Positions 19,104-28,743 of a DNA stretch of 52,249 nt are shown in pieces. The notes under the pieces were generated by a model. That model had not been told where the DNA came from. It saw only the letters and a list, made by a program, of their open reading frames with translations, and made no database searches. How positions within the stretch are numbered: the stretch's first letter is position 1; the number at the start of each line of letters is the position of its first letter. The translations under genes were made by a program, and so were the position numbers. This DNA is from a virus (taxonomy: Duplodnaviria; Caudoviricetes): positions 1-52,249 of IMG/VR virus record IMGVR_UViG_3300044823_000078, one strand, 5' to 3'.

Positions 19104-19613
19104 ATGTTAAAAGCGAAACGTAAAAGCGGCCACAGCGGACGCGTTAGAATACAGTGGCCAACACTCACTGGAGCGGCGGCGTTTTGTGGATTGACCGGCG
19201 CGCCCGAAAGCGTAGTGAAGTATTTACGTGCGGACGGGAAGTGCGATGCCTTTTTGTCAAATAACCGGATTCATTCACTGAAAATGATTCGTGCGGTATT
19301 CGGAGAATTGCTTAAAGCCGGAGAACTTCCGAGCGGCATTGCCACGCCTCAAGACTGGAAAGCACTGGAACAGGCGCGGCGCGAATCAATCAAACGGAAG
19401 CACGATGAGAAGCTGTTTATGTTGACCGCCGATGCTATGCGCCAGGCCAGTCAAGCGATGGCCTTGACCTTTGTGGAATGGGAACGTCTTGCCCGAGAGC
19501 TTCCACCAGCAGTGGCAGGACTTGCGGCGGATGAGGTTGGCGAACGGATGACGGTGGAGATTGAACGGATGCGGAAAACATTAACCAAGAAGTTTATGGA
19601 GATTGGAAAATGA
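19104..19613 (+). CDS. terS: Putative terminase small subunit
   Basis: Directly upstream of and overlapping terL; helical Nu1-like layout with LPP-VAGL. Confidence 0.6.
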   Translation: MLKAKRKSGHSGRVRIQWPTLTGAAAFCGLTGAPESVVKYLRADGKCDAFLSNNRIHSLKMIRAVFGELLKAGELPSGIATPQDWKALEQARRESIKRKHDEKLFMLTADAMRQASQAMALTFVEWERLARELPPAVAGLAADEVGERMTVEIERMRKTLTKKFMEIGK

Positions 19614-21571
19614 CTAAATCCCCACCACCAAATCCTTTTCGGGTTGTGCATCAAATCTTCGCCAACTCAATTCCTGCGCCACCCCCAGCAGATATAGTCG
19701 AGTGGGCAGAACGGATTGGGATAAAGGTGGACGGGCATTCATTTGACTCTGCGCGCAATCCTAGAATCCTCGACCCAATGCGCGCAATGTGTGATTCTCG
19801 GACTCGTATCGGGACTTTAATCAAGCCCGTGCAGGACGGCGGCTCAACTGCCGGTGAAGTTGTTTGCGCATACTGGGCCGCATTCTTTACCGGACTGATT
19901 CAATACAACTGGCAGGATGATGACAAGGCGAAGGATAGATGGTTCGACCGGATTAAACCTACCCTTGATTCCTGCGCAGACATTCGCAGAACCGGTGGGC
20001 GATTCTCCGAGACTATTTGCGAGGCCCGCTATGTTAATTCAACCGTGCGCGTCCAGGGCGTATTCAATGAATCGTCCCTCGACTCCGATACGATACCACT
20101 TCAACTGAATGAGGAAATCCATTTATGGAAACCTGGCTTTCTTGGAAAGGCGCGGCGCAGACAGACTCAAGTTTGGAATGCGAAGGCGCTCGACATATCA
20201 AATGCCAGTAACATCGGCGACCAACTCCACTCGGCGTGGCAGGACGGAACGATGCAAGAGTGGGAAATCTTTTGTCCGAAGTGTGGAAGTTATCACGCAA
20301 TGCACTTCCGCTGGAATCCAGACAAGCCGGAACTTGGCGGGCTGCGTTATAATACTGATGGATGCCGGATGAAAGATGGACGGTTCGATTATAACCGGCT
20401 GGAACATACGATACGCTACCAGATGCCGTGCGGTCATGAAGTCAAGGACACAGCCTCAGACCGGCGCAACTTAAAAGGCTGGTGGTCGCTTCCAAGGAAC
20501 GAAGGAGCGCACGTCTCGCACCGCTCTTGGAACTATGAGGGTGTGTCCTGCGAGGCAATTAGCTGGCTTGCGCTGATTCAGGAATGGCATTCGGCGGTCA
20601 GAGCATTGAAGGCTGGAGACATTCAGCCTATGCGCAGGTTCGTTACTGAGCGTGAATGCAAATTCTGGTCTGAAGAGTCTATCCCGTTCTCCGGCGTGGT
20701 GATAGTGAATAAAATGTTGACCAAATCCCGTAAAGGTTTGAAAGGCCGCGCGGCGCGGTTCTGGTTTGCGGACAAGCAAAAAGGATATGTTCACAAAGGC
20801 CAGTTCGTCCATTACTGGTTGGTGATTCGTGATGTGATGAAAAACTGCGACAGTCAGTTGGTGTTCGAGGGATTGGTCCAGACGGATGCCGACTTGCTTG
20901 CAAGGTTGGCCGAACACGACTGTGTTCCACAAAGCGGCGCGGTTGATTGCGGCTGGGATAGGGAAAATGTTTTACAGCTTTGCTACCGGAACAACTTCAA
21001 TGCACAGACTTCATCTGCGCAGGAAAAGTTATTTTTCCACGTGCTTGACCGGACGTATAAAATTTACTCGAAGCCGGAAGGATTACATAAGCAGTTGAAA
21101 GTTCCGCCGAAGTTTGATTACACGCAGCTAAGGAATATGGACGGTTCAATCGAATACATTCCAAATCCCGAAGAGCCGATGCACTGGGCAATCCACAAGG
21201 TCGGCTCACTGAAACTCTTGAAGTTTCTGCGTGGCCACAAAGAGCTGGTTGAAAAGAATGGCGGAACGGATTTTATCAAGTGGGAAGTTCCGGGCGATGT
21301 GAGTGATGAATATAAACGCCACATGGAGTCCTGGGAATTCACTACCCGGAAACGGGTCGGAACAAACGAGACGGTGGAAGTCTGCCGGCAAAGGTTTGCA
21401 GACGACCATATGTTGATGTGCGAAGCTGGAATCGCAAACCTGATGGCGATGGCTCCGCATCCAGACTTCCCGACAATATCAATCCTGTCTGTGCGGCTTG
21501 CGCAGATGGGAATCACCGAAGATGTGGTCGGCGGTAAACAATCAACAACAACTGAGGAGGAAAAGAAATGA
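19610..21571 (+). CDS. terL: Terminase large subunit, GpA family
   Basis: I-EWAE, KPVQDGGST, LNEE, CPKCG, VDCGW, DHMLMCE. Confidence 0.88.
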   Translation: MTKSPPPNPFRVVHQIFANSIPAPPPADIVEWAERIGIKVDGHSFDSARNPRILDPMRAMCDSRTRIGTLIKPVQDGGSTAGEVVCAYWAAFFTGLIQYNWQDDDKAKDRWFDRIKPTLDSCADIRRTGGRFSETICEARYVNSTVRVQGVFNESSLDSDTIPLQLNEEIHLWKPGFLGKARRRQTQVWNAKALDISNASNIGDQLHSAWQDGTMQEWEIFCPKCGSYHAMHFRWNPDKPELGGLRYNTDGCRMKDGRFDYNRLEHTIRYQMPCGHEVKDTASDRRNLKGWWSLPRNEGAHVSHRSWNYEGVSCEAISWLALIQEWHSAVRALKAGDIQPMRRFVTERECKFWSEESIPFSGVVIVNKMLTKSRKGLKGRAARFWFADKQKGYVHKGQFVHYWLVIRDVMKNCDSQLVFEGLVQTDADLLARLAEHDCVPQSGAVDCGWDRENVLQLCYRNNFNAQTSSAQEKLFFHVLDRTYKIYSKPEGLHKQLKVPPKFDYTQLRNMDGSIEYIPNPEEPMHWAIHKVGSLKLLKFLRGHKELVEKNGGTDFIKWEVPGDVSDEYKRHMESWEFTTRKRVGTNETVEVCRQRFADDHMLMCEAGIANLMAMAPHPDFPTISILSVRLAQMGITEDVVGGKQSTTTEEEKK

Positions 21572-21815
21572 GTAAACCGCCGCCCAGACCTGGAAAAGAA
21601 ATAAACGTCCTTAGCCTTGGAGCTGGAGTCCAAAGTTCTGTAATGGGACTAATGGCCGCATGCGGAGAAATAACACCAATGCCGGAAAATGTGCAGGCGT
21701 CCCGTATTTACATTCTAGCGCAATTCCATTAGGTAATGTAGATTTTTTTACCGAAGAGGATAATGGCCAAATGAATATGTTTAATAATGAATGTGAAGGG
21801 ATGTGTGGGGTATGA
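21568..21815 (+). pseudogene. Internally deleted PP-loop (PAPS-reductase-like) gene
   Basis: N-terminal VLSLGAGVQS joined out of frame to C-terminal YLHSS-IPL...FNNECEGMCGV*. Confidence 0.65.
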
Positions 21816-21994
21816 CCCTCTCACCCCGCCAACGCCAAGTCATACTCCTCGTTTGTTCTGGTCTGGCGAATAAGCAGATTGCCGACCGGCTTGGCATTTC
21901 GGAGAATACGGTCAGCAATCACATGAAGATGATTTTCCGAAAGCTGAAATGTTGTTGTCGGGCACAGGCGGTAGCGAAATGGCTAAGGAGATAA
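21812..21994 (+). CDS. Stand-alone LuxR/GerE-type HTH regulator
   Basis: LSPRQRQVILLVCSGLANKQIADRLGISENTVSNHMKMIFRKL. Confidence 0.92.
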   Translation: MTLSPRQRQVILLVCSGLANKQIADRLGISENTVSNHMKMIFRKLKCCCRAQAVAKWLRR

Positions 21995-21996
21995 TG

Positions 21997-22014
21997 TTGG
22001 ACCAATTGGTCCAA
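21997..22014. promoter_or_regulatory. Perfect 18-bp palindrome TTGGACCAATTGGTCCAA, candidate operator
   Basis: Self-complementary; 17 bp recur at 10248-10264. Confidence 0.6.
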
Positions 22015-22064
22015 GCGTGTAGTCATAAATGGCCATACGGATAGCTAAAAATGTTTAGTGTTTT

Positions 22065-22099
22065 GGTAGTAGCTACATCTAGCTACTACCATTTTTTTT
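22065..22099 (+). terminator. Hairpin with T tract ahead of the head genes
   Basis: GGTAGTAGCTA-CATC-TAGCTACTACC followed by ATTTTTTTT. Confidence 0.6.
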
Positions 22100-22120
22100 G
22101 TCTTGGCTTAAAGTTCTTAC

Positions 22121-22582
22121 GTGGATTCTAATACAGACGACTTGGCTGCGTTCCTTGACCGCGCTTGGAATAATGCTAAGGATGGTGCCAATGCCCTGCC
22201 GGAACAACTTTCCATTGAACAACAGGCTGCGTTAAATTTCATTGCCCCGATAGGTTCGGTCATTTCGGTTTCTAAAAACTCTACTTCCCAATCTTCCGGC
22301 GGATATAATCCAGGCAACCTTACGCTGCGGCAGGTGGTCGGAATCTGGACCAAGCTGATTGAGTTGTATGATGAAGTCAAAGCAAGGATAGTTTCGGCAG
22401 CGGCCTGTGATTCGGTTGTGCTTCCTGACGGATTTGATTTTGATGGCCCAGTGTATCAAGTAATGAAAAGCACTCTAAAAGTTTCAGGCCGGGTCGCTAC
22501 TAGTCCAGACTTGCGAGACCTGCGCGTTCCACTTTCTCGAACCGAGACTCTTGAATTTAATGTGGTCGGTTATATTCCATGA
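22121..22582 (+). CDS. Hypothetical protein in the gpW (head completion) position
   Basis: Between terminase and portal; GTG start. Confidence 0.45.
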   Translation: MDSNTDDLAAFLDRAWNNAKDGANALPEQLSIEQQAALNFIAPIGSVISVSKNSTSQSSGGYNPGNLTLRQVVGIWTKLIELYDEVKARIVSAAACDSVVLPDGFDFDGPVYQVMKSTLKVSGRVATSPDLRDLRVPLSRTETLEFNVVGYIP

Positions 22583-24381
22583 GAAAAACCACACAACATA
22601 AATCTCGTAAACCAAGCCGAACGCGCATGATTCAAAATGAGTCTCGTGCGATTGCTTTACTTTCAATTACAAACCCACGCCAGGTTCAGTTTGCGCCGCG
22701 TAATGAGCGCAGGTTAGTTGAGCGTGCGGTGAAAACTCTTTGCTTCGGTTCAAAGCCTCACCTTGTTCGTAACTGGTATGAATCCGGGAATCCTTATTCG
22801 GACGGTTCGCGCTCATACTTGCCGGAAGTCTTAACCGATGCACGCTACGACCAGAATCAAATCACTCGGCGTGAAGCAATGCGCCGGATGCGTTACTGGG
22901 AGCAAAATTCAATCTTCGTAAAACGTGGACTTGATGTTAGCGAGCAGTATGTAATCGGCACGCATTGTCCAGTGGTAACTTCACTTTCCACGAATACGGA
23001 TTGGGCGGCTCAGGCTGAGATTGTTTTCCACGAGATGTGCCAGAATGCCGGACTCGATGGTGAATCCATTTTCTCATTACTCTGTGTTGGCCATCGTCGG
23101 AAGAAAGTTGACGGAAATGTTCTGTTCGTTCAGACGAGCAGGCCCGGCTCGGTTACTATTCGGCGCGGAACAAAATACGAAACCCTACTCGGAGTGATGC
23201 GGCCCTGTTACCAGATGGTTGAATCCCATCGCGTCGGGACTCCGTTCGCCATGTGGCAGGAAGAAGGCCAAGACATTTTCGATGGTATCGAATACGGAAT
23301 TATTTCGACTCAGCTTCCCGGCGGACAATCGGTTGAACATAAAGTCAAGACCTGCTACTGGGTGAATGAATCTGCAAACGTCTTTTCGGTTCAACAGGGT
23401 TTCACCAAGGTGCCGGTTCAGTTCGCTTATTATGCTGCGCAGGCTCATCGGGTAAACGAACCGCGCAGCATGACTGATTTTTACGCCGCAGAGCCGACAC
23501 TTGCATTGCTCGAAGACATGCTCAAGTTGGAAATGAAAGCGCAGGAAGTCCAAAGCGATATTTCGTTGTTCATTACGAATGGGGCCGGGCAGGAAGTGAA
23601 GCCTGGCATGCAATCAACCTTGGCCGCTCTCGGTGTGAAGGTAACTGCCGGCGCGAACGGTGCTAATCCGGTGGTGACTACGAACGACATCGAGAAAGTC
23701 AAAACCATTTATGAAAAAATCTGGGGTGGGCGCACGGCTGTTGGTCGAACCGGAGACACACTTGCGACCGTTGCTCCGAATCGTCCTGCTGAAGCGACCC
23801 TTAATCTATGGAACTTCCTTATTGATTCGTTTTGCGCCGCTAGTGGCTTTCCCCGTTTGCTTATCTTTCCCAAATCCCAGATGAAAGGGCAGGGCACGGA
23901 AGTCCGCGCCGAAATTGAAGCTGCCAATGCGATGTTCATCAAGGAGTTTAACCAAATCTGGAAACCATTTATCCATCAAGTCTGGGAATACTTTATGGGC
24001 TGGGCAATCCGAAATGATGAGCGTGTGAAAAATGCTCCAGCGGATTGGATGAACATAGATGTTTCCCATCCGCGCTCGATAGTGGTTGACCTTGGTTATG
24101 CTACTGCCGAAACAATTTCATTCTTGGCCGCAGGCCTTATTAACCTTCACCAAGTCGCCCAACAATTCGGGACGACACGTTCTAAAATCATAGCCGGGGC
24201 GGTCAAGGATGTTTTTGATATAAAGCTTGCGTGTCAGGAAATGGCCAAGCTTCCGCAGTATAAAGGAATTGAAGTGGATGCCGCCGAAATCCGGGCAAGC
24301 CTTGGCGATGCTGCGCAAAAGTTGGCATCGAGTAATGCGGCTAGCGAAACATCGGCAATATCCGCGAATAGTGAATTATGA
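22579..24381 (+). CDS. Portal protein, lambda family
   Basis: WYES...R--MRYWEQN...YVIG...VDGNV...DGIE; position between terminase and protease. Confidence 0.8.
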   Translation: MRKTTQHKSRKPSRTRMIQNESRAIALLSITNPRQVQFAPRNERRLVERAVKTLCFGSKPHLVRNWYESGNPYSDGSRSYLPEVLTDARYDQNQITRREAMRRMRYWEQNSIFVKRGLDVSEQYVIGTHCPVVTSLSTNTDWAAQAEIVFHEMCQNAGLDGESIFSLLCVGHRRKKVDGNVLFVQTSRPGSVTIRRGTKYETLLGVMRPCYQMVESHRVGTPFAMWQEEGQDIFDGIEYGIISTQLPGGQSVEHKVKTCYWVNESANVFSVQQGFTKVPVQFAYYAAQAHRVNEPRSMTDFYAAEPTLALLEDMLKLEMKAQEVQSDISLFITNGAGQEVKPGMQSTLAALGVKVTAGANGANPVVTTNDIEKVKTIYEKIWGGRTAVGRTGDTLATVAPNRPAEATLNLWNFLIDSFCAASGFPRLLIFPKSQMKGQGTEVRAEIEAANAMFIKEFNQIWKPFIHQVWEYFMGWAIRNDERVKNAPADWMNIDVSHPRSIVVDLGYATAETISFLAAGLINLHQVAQQFGTTRSKIIAGAVKDVFDIKLACQEMAKLPQYKGIEVDAAEIRASLGDAAQKLASSNAASETSAISANSEL

Positions 24382-25835
24382 AAAAACTTTTTAACTTTCT
24401 TTGGGGCAGCATCGAAGTGGTTAACTCTGCCGGCGGCCCGTCCCAAATGGCCATCTACGATACTATCGGTAAAGACGACTTTTCTGGCGGTGGTATTACC
24501 GGGGCTGATTTTTCCCAAGCGCTGAACTCGGCAAATAACATGCAGGACTTGCACATCCACGTGAACTCGAAGGGCGGAGATGTTCATCACGGAATGTCAA
24601 TGCGTAATGCTTTGAAAGCTTGGAAGAACAAGACCGGGCGCAAAGTAACGACTATCATTGATGGTATAGCGGCCTCCACTGCTTCCTGGGCCTTCCCCAC
24701 AGCCTCCGATGAGGTAAAAGCCTATAAAGGGAGCCAAGTCTTTGTTCACGAAGCCATGGCGCTGGCGGCCGGTTCGGCGGAGAACTTCCGGGACACGGCA
24801 GACATCCTCGATAAGACTTCGATGCAGATTGCGGATATGTATGCCGAGAAGTCCGGCAAGCCGGCATCCATGTGGCGCAACAAGATGAAGTCCGGTTCAC
24901 TTATGACCGGCGATGAGGCAATGGGCGAAGGCTTAGTGGATTCGATTATCGACGGCAACGCTACCAACTTTGGTCCGTGGGTTGAGACCGTGAAGCAACA
25001 GCTGGTGATTCAGAATCAGTTGTTAAACTTCAATGAGAATCACGACGAAAAGGGACAGTTTGCCACCGGAGTTGCTGAAGCAAAGCAATTAAGCAGTAAG
25101 GCATACAAGGCAAGTGCAAAGGCCAATAAGTCTCAAAAGGAAATCGATCACGGTGACGCTATGCGCGCCCACGAAAAAGCTGGCAAGGCGTGGTTCAAGT
25201 TAGAAAAACAAGACCCAAGTTTGCGGGCTGAAAAAGGCGGGTATGAATCTGACCGCTCAGTTGAACATTCAACCTATGCCGAAGAGCATAGAATGTCAGG
25301 AAATGTAAAAGAAGATTTTAACATTCCTGAACATAAAAACCAAATTTCATCCGCTCCCACGCAGGGCGCGGAGAACGACAAACAAAACGAAAGTGAAAAA
25401 CAGTTGGTGATTCAGAATCAGTTATTGAATTACAATGAGAATCATGACGAGGGTGGGCGATTCTCTGAAAGTATGTCATCGGCGTCAGCCGATGCAGATT
25501 CAAGGGCAGCCGAGGAAGCGTCCCACGATGCTGATGAACATGACCGAGCCGATAAACATCAAAACGCCGCAAAGTTAAACCGCGATGCCGCAAAAAGTCA
25601 TAGCGCTGTCGCTAAAGAATATCCCAAGGGAAGCAGCGACCGCTCGCGCCACGAAAGAATGGCAACTGAACATCGCCAAGCCGCAAGTTGGCATGCAACA
25701 TTTTCTAAAAATCAAATTTCTTCCGCTCCCACGCAGGGCGCGGAGAATCTGGACACGATTAAACTGATTTTGAATTTTAATCCGCCAGAGAAAAGCGCGC
25801 TCGATTTAATTAGCTCTGCCGTCGCAGGGCAGTAG
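24378..25835 (+). CDS. ClpP-type prohead protease with repeat-bounded C-terminal modules
   Basis: IYDTIG, VNSKGGDV, IDGIAASTAS, FVHE, YAEKSG, GLVDSI. Confidence 0.9.
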   Translation: MKKLFNFLWGSIEVVNSAGGPSQMAIYDTIGKDDFSGGGITGADFSQALNSANNMQDLHIHVNSKGGDVHHGMSMRNALKAWKNKTGRKVTTIIDGIAASTASWAFPTASDEVKAYKGSQVFVHEAMALAAGSAENFRDTADILDKTSMQIADMYAEKSGKPASMWRNKMKSGSLMTGDEAMGEGLVDSIIDGNATNFGPWVETVKQQLVIQNQLLNFNENHDEKGQFATGVAEAKQLSSKAYKASAKANKSQKEIDHGDAMRAHEKAGKAWFKLEKQDPSLRAEKGGYESDRSVEHSTYAEEHRMSGNVKEDFNIPEHKNQISSAPTQGAENDKQNESEKQLVIQNQLLNYNENHDEGGRFSESMSSASADADSRAAEEASHDADEHDRADKHQNAAKLNRDAAKSHSAVAKEYPKGSSDRSRHERMATEHRQAASWHATFSKNQISSAPTQGAENLDTIKLILNFNPPEKSALDLISSAVAGQ

Positions 25836-25867
25836 AAAACAAAAACAAAAAAACAAGGTAAACATAT

Positions 25868-27409
25868 ATGAGAAAAAAAATGGAAGCCCTGCTGAATAGT
25901 TGGCAGGTGCCGTTTACGAAAGAAAATACCGACGAAGAACTTTTTACGTTGGTTGAAAATAATAAGGCCGCGCACGCTGAAAAGATTGTGCCGCCCGTTG
26001 TGGAAAACAAAGTCACCGGCTTGAGTGCGGCTGACCAGCAAGTCTTGGCTGACCTTCGCAACCAGCTGTCCAATTCGCGCCGGAAGGAAATTCTGGGCGT
26101 GGTTGAGAAGCACGCCAGCGATGGCCGCATCCCGGTCAATGAAATCGAAAACTGGGTGAACGACGCCGTCGCGATTCAGGACAATCCGACTACTGGCAAC
26201 TCGGTTTTGAACCGCCTCGCTAAGTTGGAAGCGCACGCCCCGGGCATGGCTCCGCTCCCGATGGAAAACACCAAACTTGATGTGGTGAATGCCGACATCA
26301 AGGACATCTCGAAGGGCTTCCAGCTCCACAACGAATCTACGAAGGCATTCCAACGCGGATTGATTGATGGTGAGCGGGCGATGAAAACCATCCGCAATGA
26401 TGCGGTCGCCAAGGCGCACTTTTTCAAGAAGTTCAAGAGCCGCTTCCTGGAAGTGATGAACGCGAACACCATTGACGCCGGACTCCAGCGCCAGGTGATC
26501 CTGCAAGACGTGGTTATTCGGGACTTCGCCCGCAGGGTCATCTCGCTGAATATGTTCAGTACCGTATTCCGTGATGTGCCGCTGCAAGGTTTGGATACGG
26601 TCGAAGTTCCTTACTACGACCTGGACACATCGGCTTCTACGCCGTTTGTTTCCGGCACCGGTTACACCACCGTCGGGAATACAACCAGTTCCAAGCGTGA
26701 GATTCAAATTGGTGAAGGCACGGGCGGAACTGGTATTGTTGGCGCAGGACATTGCCGGCTCTATCAGGCTCTGGCTTTTAGCTCGCAGGAAATTGCTCGC
26801 CAGCCTTACTTGAAGGTTGCTGAGCTTGCTGGATTGAAAGCCGAGAAATTGGCCTTCGATATTTGGCAGGATATTCTGTCCGTGATTACGGTTGCCAACT
26901 TTGGTGCGGCCGCAATTACGAAGGCTGCTGCTCAGTTCGATAGTGATCAAATCGCGCTGCTCAAACTGGCCTGTAAGAAATGGCCTGAAGGTGGCCGTGG
27001 TTTAGTTCTGGATTCGGCATACGATGCGAACCTGCTCCAAGACCCGTCATTCAAGTTCGCTCTCAATGCCGCCAGCGACCTGGCCATCAAGGAAGGCCGA
27101 CTGTTCCCGCGCGTGATGGGATTTGATTATACCGAAAATCCAAATATCCCAGCAAACGGAATCAACCTGGTTGGTTTCGCAGTTTGGAAATACGCCATTC
27201 TGGTTGCCTTCGCCCCCGTTCCTCCGGTCGAGGAAGTCCGCCGCGCAGGCACGGTGTGGGAAATGATTACCGACCCGGCCACTGGTATCACCCTGGAATA
27301 CCGCCAGTTTGGTACTAATACGACCGACGTTGCCACGAACGTGATTGAATCATCCTACGGTTATGCCGCAGGACTCAAGACTGCGTTGAAGATGATTGTT
27401 TCCGCATAA
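25868..27409 (+). CDS. Major capsid protein with N-terminal scaffold region
   Basis: Follows the protease; ~200-aa helical leader then ANTID...VEVPY...GFDY-EN...GY capsid-like body; strongly biased codons. Confidence 0.8.
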   Translation: MRKKMEALLNSWQVPFTKENTDEELFTLVENNKAAHAEKIVPPVVENKVTGLSAADQQVLADLRNQLSNSRRKEILGVVEKHASDGRIPVNEIENWVNDAVAIQDNPTTGNSVLNRLAKLEAHAPGMAPLPMENTKLDVVNADIKDISKGFQLHNESTKAFQRGLIDGERAMKTIRNDAVAKAHFFKKFKSRFLEVMNANTIDAGLQRQVILQDVVIRDFARRVISLNMFSTVFRDVPLQGLDTVEVPYYDLDTSASTPFVSGTGYTTVGNTTSSKREIQIGEGTGGTGIVGAGHCRLYQALAFSSQEIARQPYLKVAELAGLKAEKLAFDIWQDILSVITVANFGAAAITKAAAQFDSDQIALLKLACKKWPEGGRGLVLDSAYDANLLQDPSFKFALNAASDLAIKEGRLFPRVMGFDYTENPNIPANGINLVGFAVWKYAILVAFAPVPPVEEVRRAGTVWEMITDPATGITLEYRQFGTNTTDVATNVIESSYGYAAGLKTALKMIVSA

Positions 27410-27479
27410 GCCACTGCCGGCTAATGGGCCGGGTGGAGGTTGCTTGACCACCCGGCTCTAATTAAAGCAAAAAACTTTT

Positions 27480-27815
27480 ATGATTGAAACAATTCTACTG
27501 GCCCGGGAACGAAAATCCGGGAAGCAGGTTGTGTTGATGGGCAGTGAGATTGAGTTTCACGTCCAGAAATCCAAGCTGCATGAGTTTGACCCAAGCGTCA
27601 ATGATGAGTTCAGCTCCGTTGGTCTTTACCAACTTGTTGCGCAAAAGAAAGTCCTGCGCTTGATGACTTCTGCCGAGGCGAAAGCCCTGGCTGATACGAC
27701 CAAAAAGCACAACGATATCCAAGCAAAAGCGGAAGCTGATGCGGTCGGTATTGAACTTGGGAAAACCGAACCGAAACAAAAGTCCAAAAAAATTAACCGC
27801 CGCGACGCGGCATAA
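27480..27815 (+). CDS. Hypothetical head-module protein
   Basis: ORF after capsid gene and hairpin 27428-27456. Confidence 0.55.
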   Translation: MIETILLARERKSGKQVVLMGSEIEFHVQKSKLHEFDPSVNDEFSSVGLYQLVAQKKVLRLMTSAEAKALADTTKKHNDIQAKAEADAVGIELGKTEPKQKSKKINRRDAA

Positions 27816-27832
27816 CAAAACAACAAACGACA

Positions 27833-28393
27833 ATGAAAAATAAAATGAAAATACTTATCGGCGTCGCGGCAGTAATGCTGGCGATGGTTACGGTAGCGCT
27901 GGCTGACAACTACGCTTCGTATTATATCAATACGACTAACCAAGTCGTAACTGCTGGCGGGGCAACCACGAACGCCCACGCCAATGTGGTGCCCGCGCTT
28001 ACTACGCAAACATTCAACTTGTCACTTACTGCCGGGAGTACTAATGGTGATGCATCCCTTTGGCCGGCTTGTCCGTTAGTTACTCAGGACAATATGTATA
28101 ATCCAAGTCGGTGGATTTCGTATCAGGGGCAAAATTCTGCAATGTCTAGCGGCACTAATACTTGCGTGACTTACGTTGAGAATTGGGCCGGGACTACGGA
28201 CGGGAGTCATTGGAACACAAACCCATGCCCGCTAATTATCATTTACAGCGAGACGGCTGGGTCTGGTGCTCAGTTAATGACTAACTTGGACTCTGGCGGC
28301 ATTCAGGGGTATTGTCTTTTTACCCGTGTCAATACCAATGCAGTTGCAGTGACCAATACGTTTGTGGGAACTGGGTTCAAGCGCGGACTTTAA
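27833..28393 (+). CDS. Signal-peptide, Thr/Asn-rich protein
   Basis: MKILIGVAAVMLAMVTVALA-D. Confidence 0.7.
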   Translation: MKNKMKILIGVAAVMLAMVTVALADNYASYYINTTNQVVTAGGATTNAHANVVPALTTQTFNLSLTAGSTNGDASLWPACPLVTQDNMYNPSRWISYQGQNSAMSSGTNTCVTYVENWAGTTDGSHWNTNPCPLIIIYSETAGSGAQLMTNLDSGGIQGYCLFTRVNTNAVAVTNTFVGTGFKRGL

Positions 28394-28398
28394 TTCAT

Positions 28399-28743
28399 AT
28401 GGGATTCTCTGATTTATTACTCGACCTTGGCTGTGCGCGGCAAATTGAAGCCGCGCACGGCGAGGCCGTTACAGTAATGAGCGGAGTTGATGCCGGAAAA
28501 ATCTTTTTGGCAGTCCGTGAAACTGAAGATGACCTTACCGTTAATATGGAGACCGGCGGAACCGACCCGCGCTCACGTCGCGTGCTTCGTTTCAGGACGA
28601 CCGGAGCTGTCCCAAGGCTATCTAGCCAGGATGTTGTTAAAACGGCCTCTGGGGACTTGTGGCGCGCAATACGGGCACCTAGAAGCGGCTATCTAACTAC
28701 TGATTTTGAACTAATTGAGATTTTGGCCGGAAAAGATACATGA
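28399..28743 (+). CDS. Putative head-closure protein
   Basis: Small beta-rich ORF (HGEAVT...GDLWR) in the neck position. Confidence 0.4.
   Translation: MGFSDLLLDLGCARQIEAAHGEAVTVMSGVDAGKIFLAVRETEDDLTVNMETGGTDPRSRRVLRFRTTGAVPRLSSQDVVKTASGDLWRAIRAPRSGYLTTDFELIEILAGKDT

Noticed and set aside
24999-25748. Diversity-generating retroelement TR/VR pair
   Set aside because: No reverse transcriptase; differences are not adenine-specific and interiors are unrelated
25830-25870. Protease-capsid fusion by readthrough or frameshift on the A-rich run
   Set aside because: Different frames, and TAA at 25859 blocks the capsid frame
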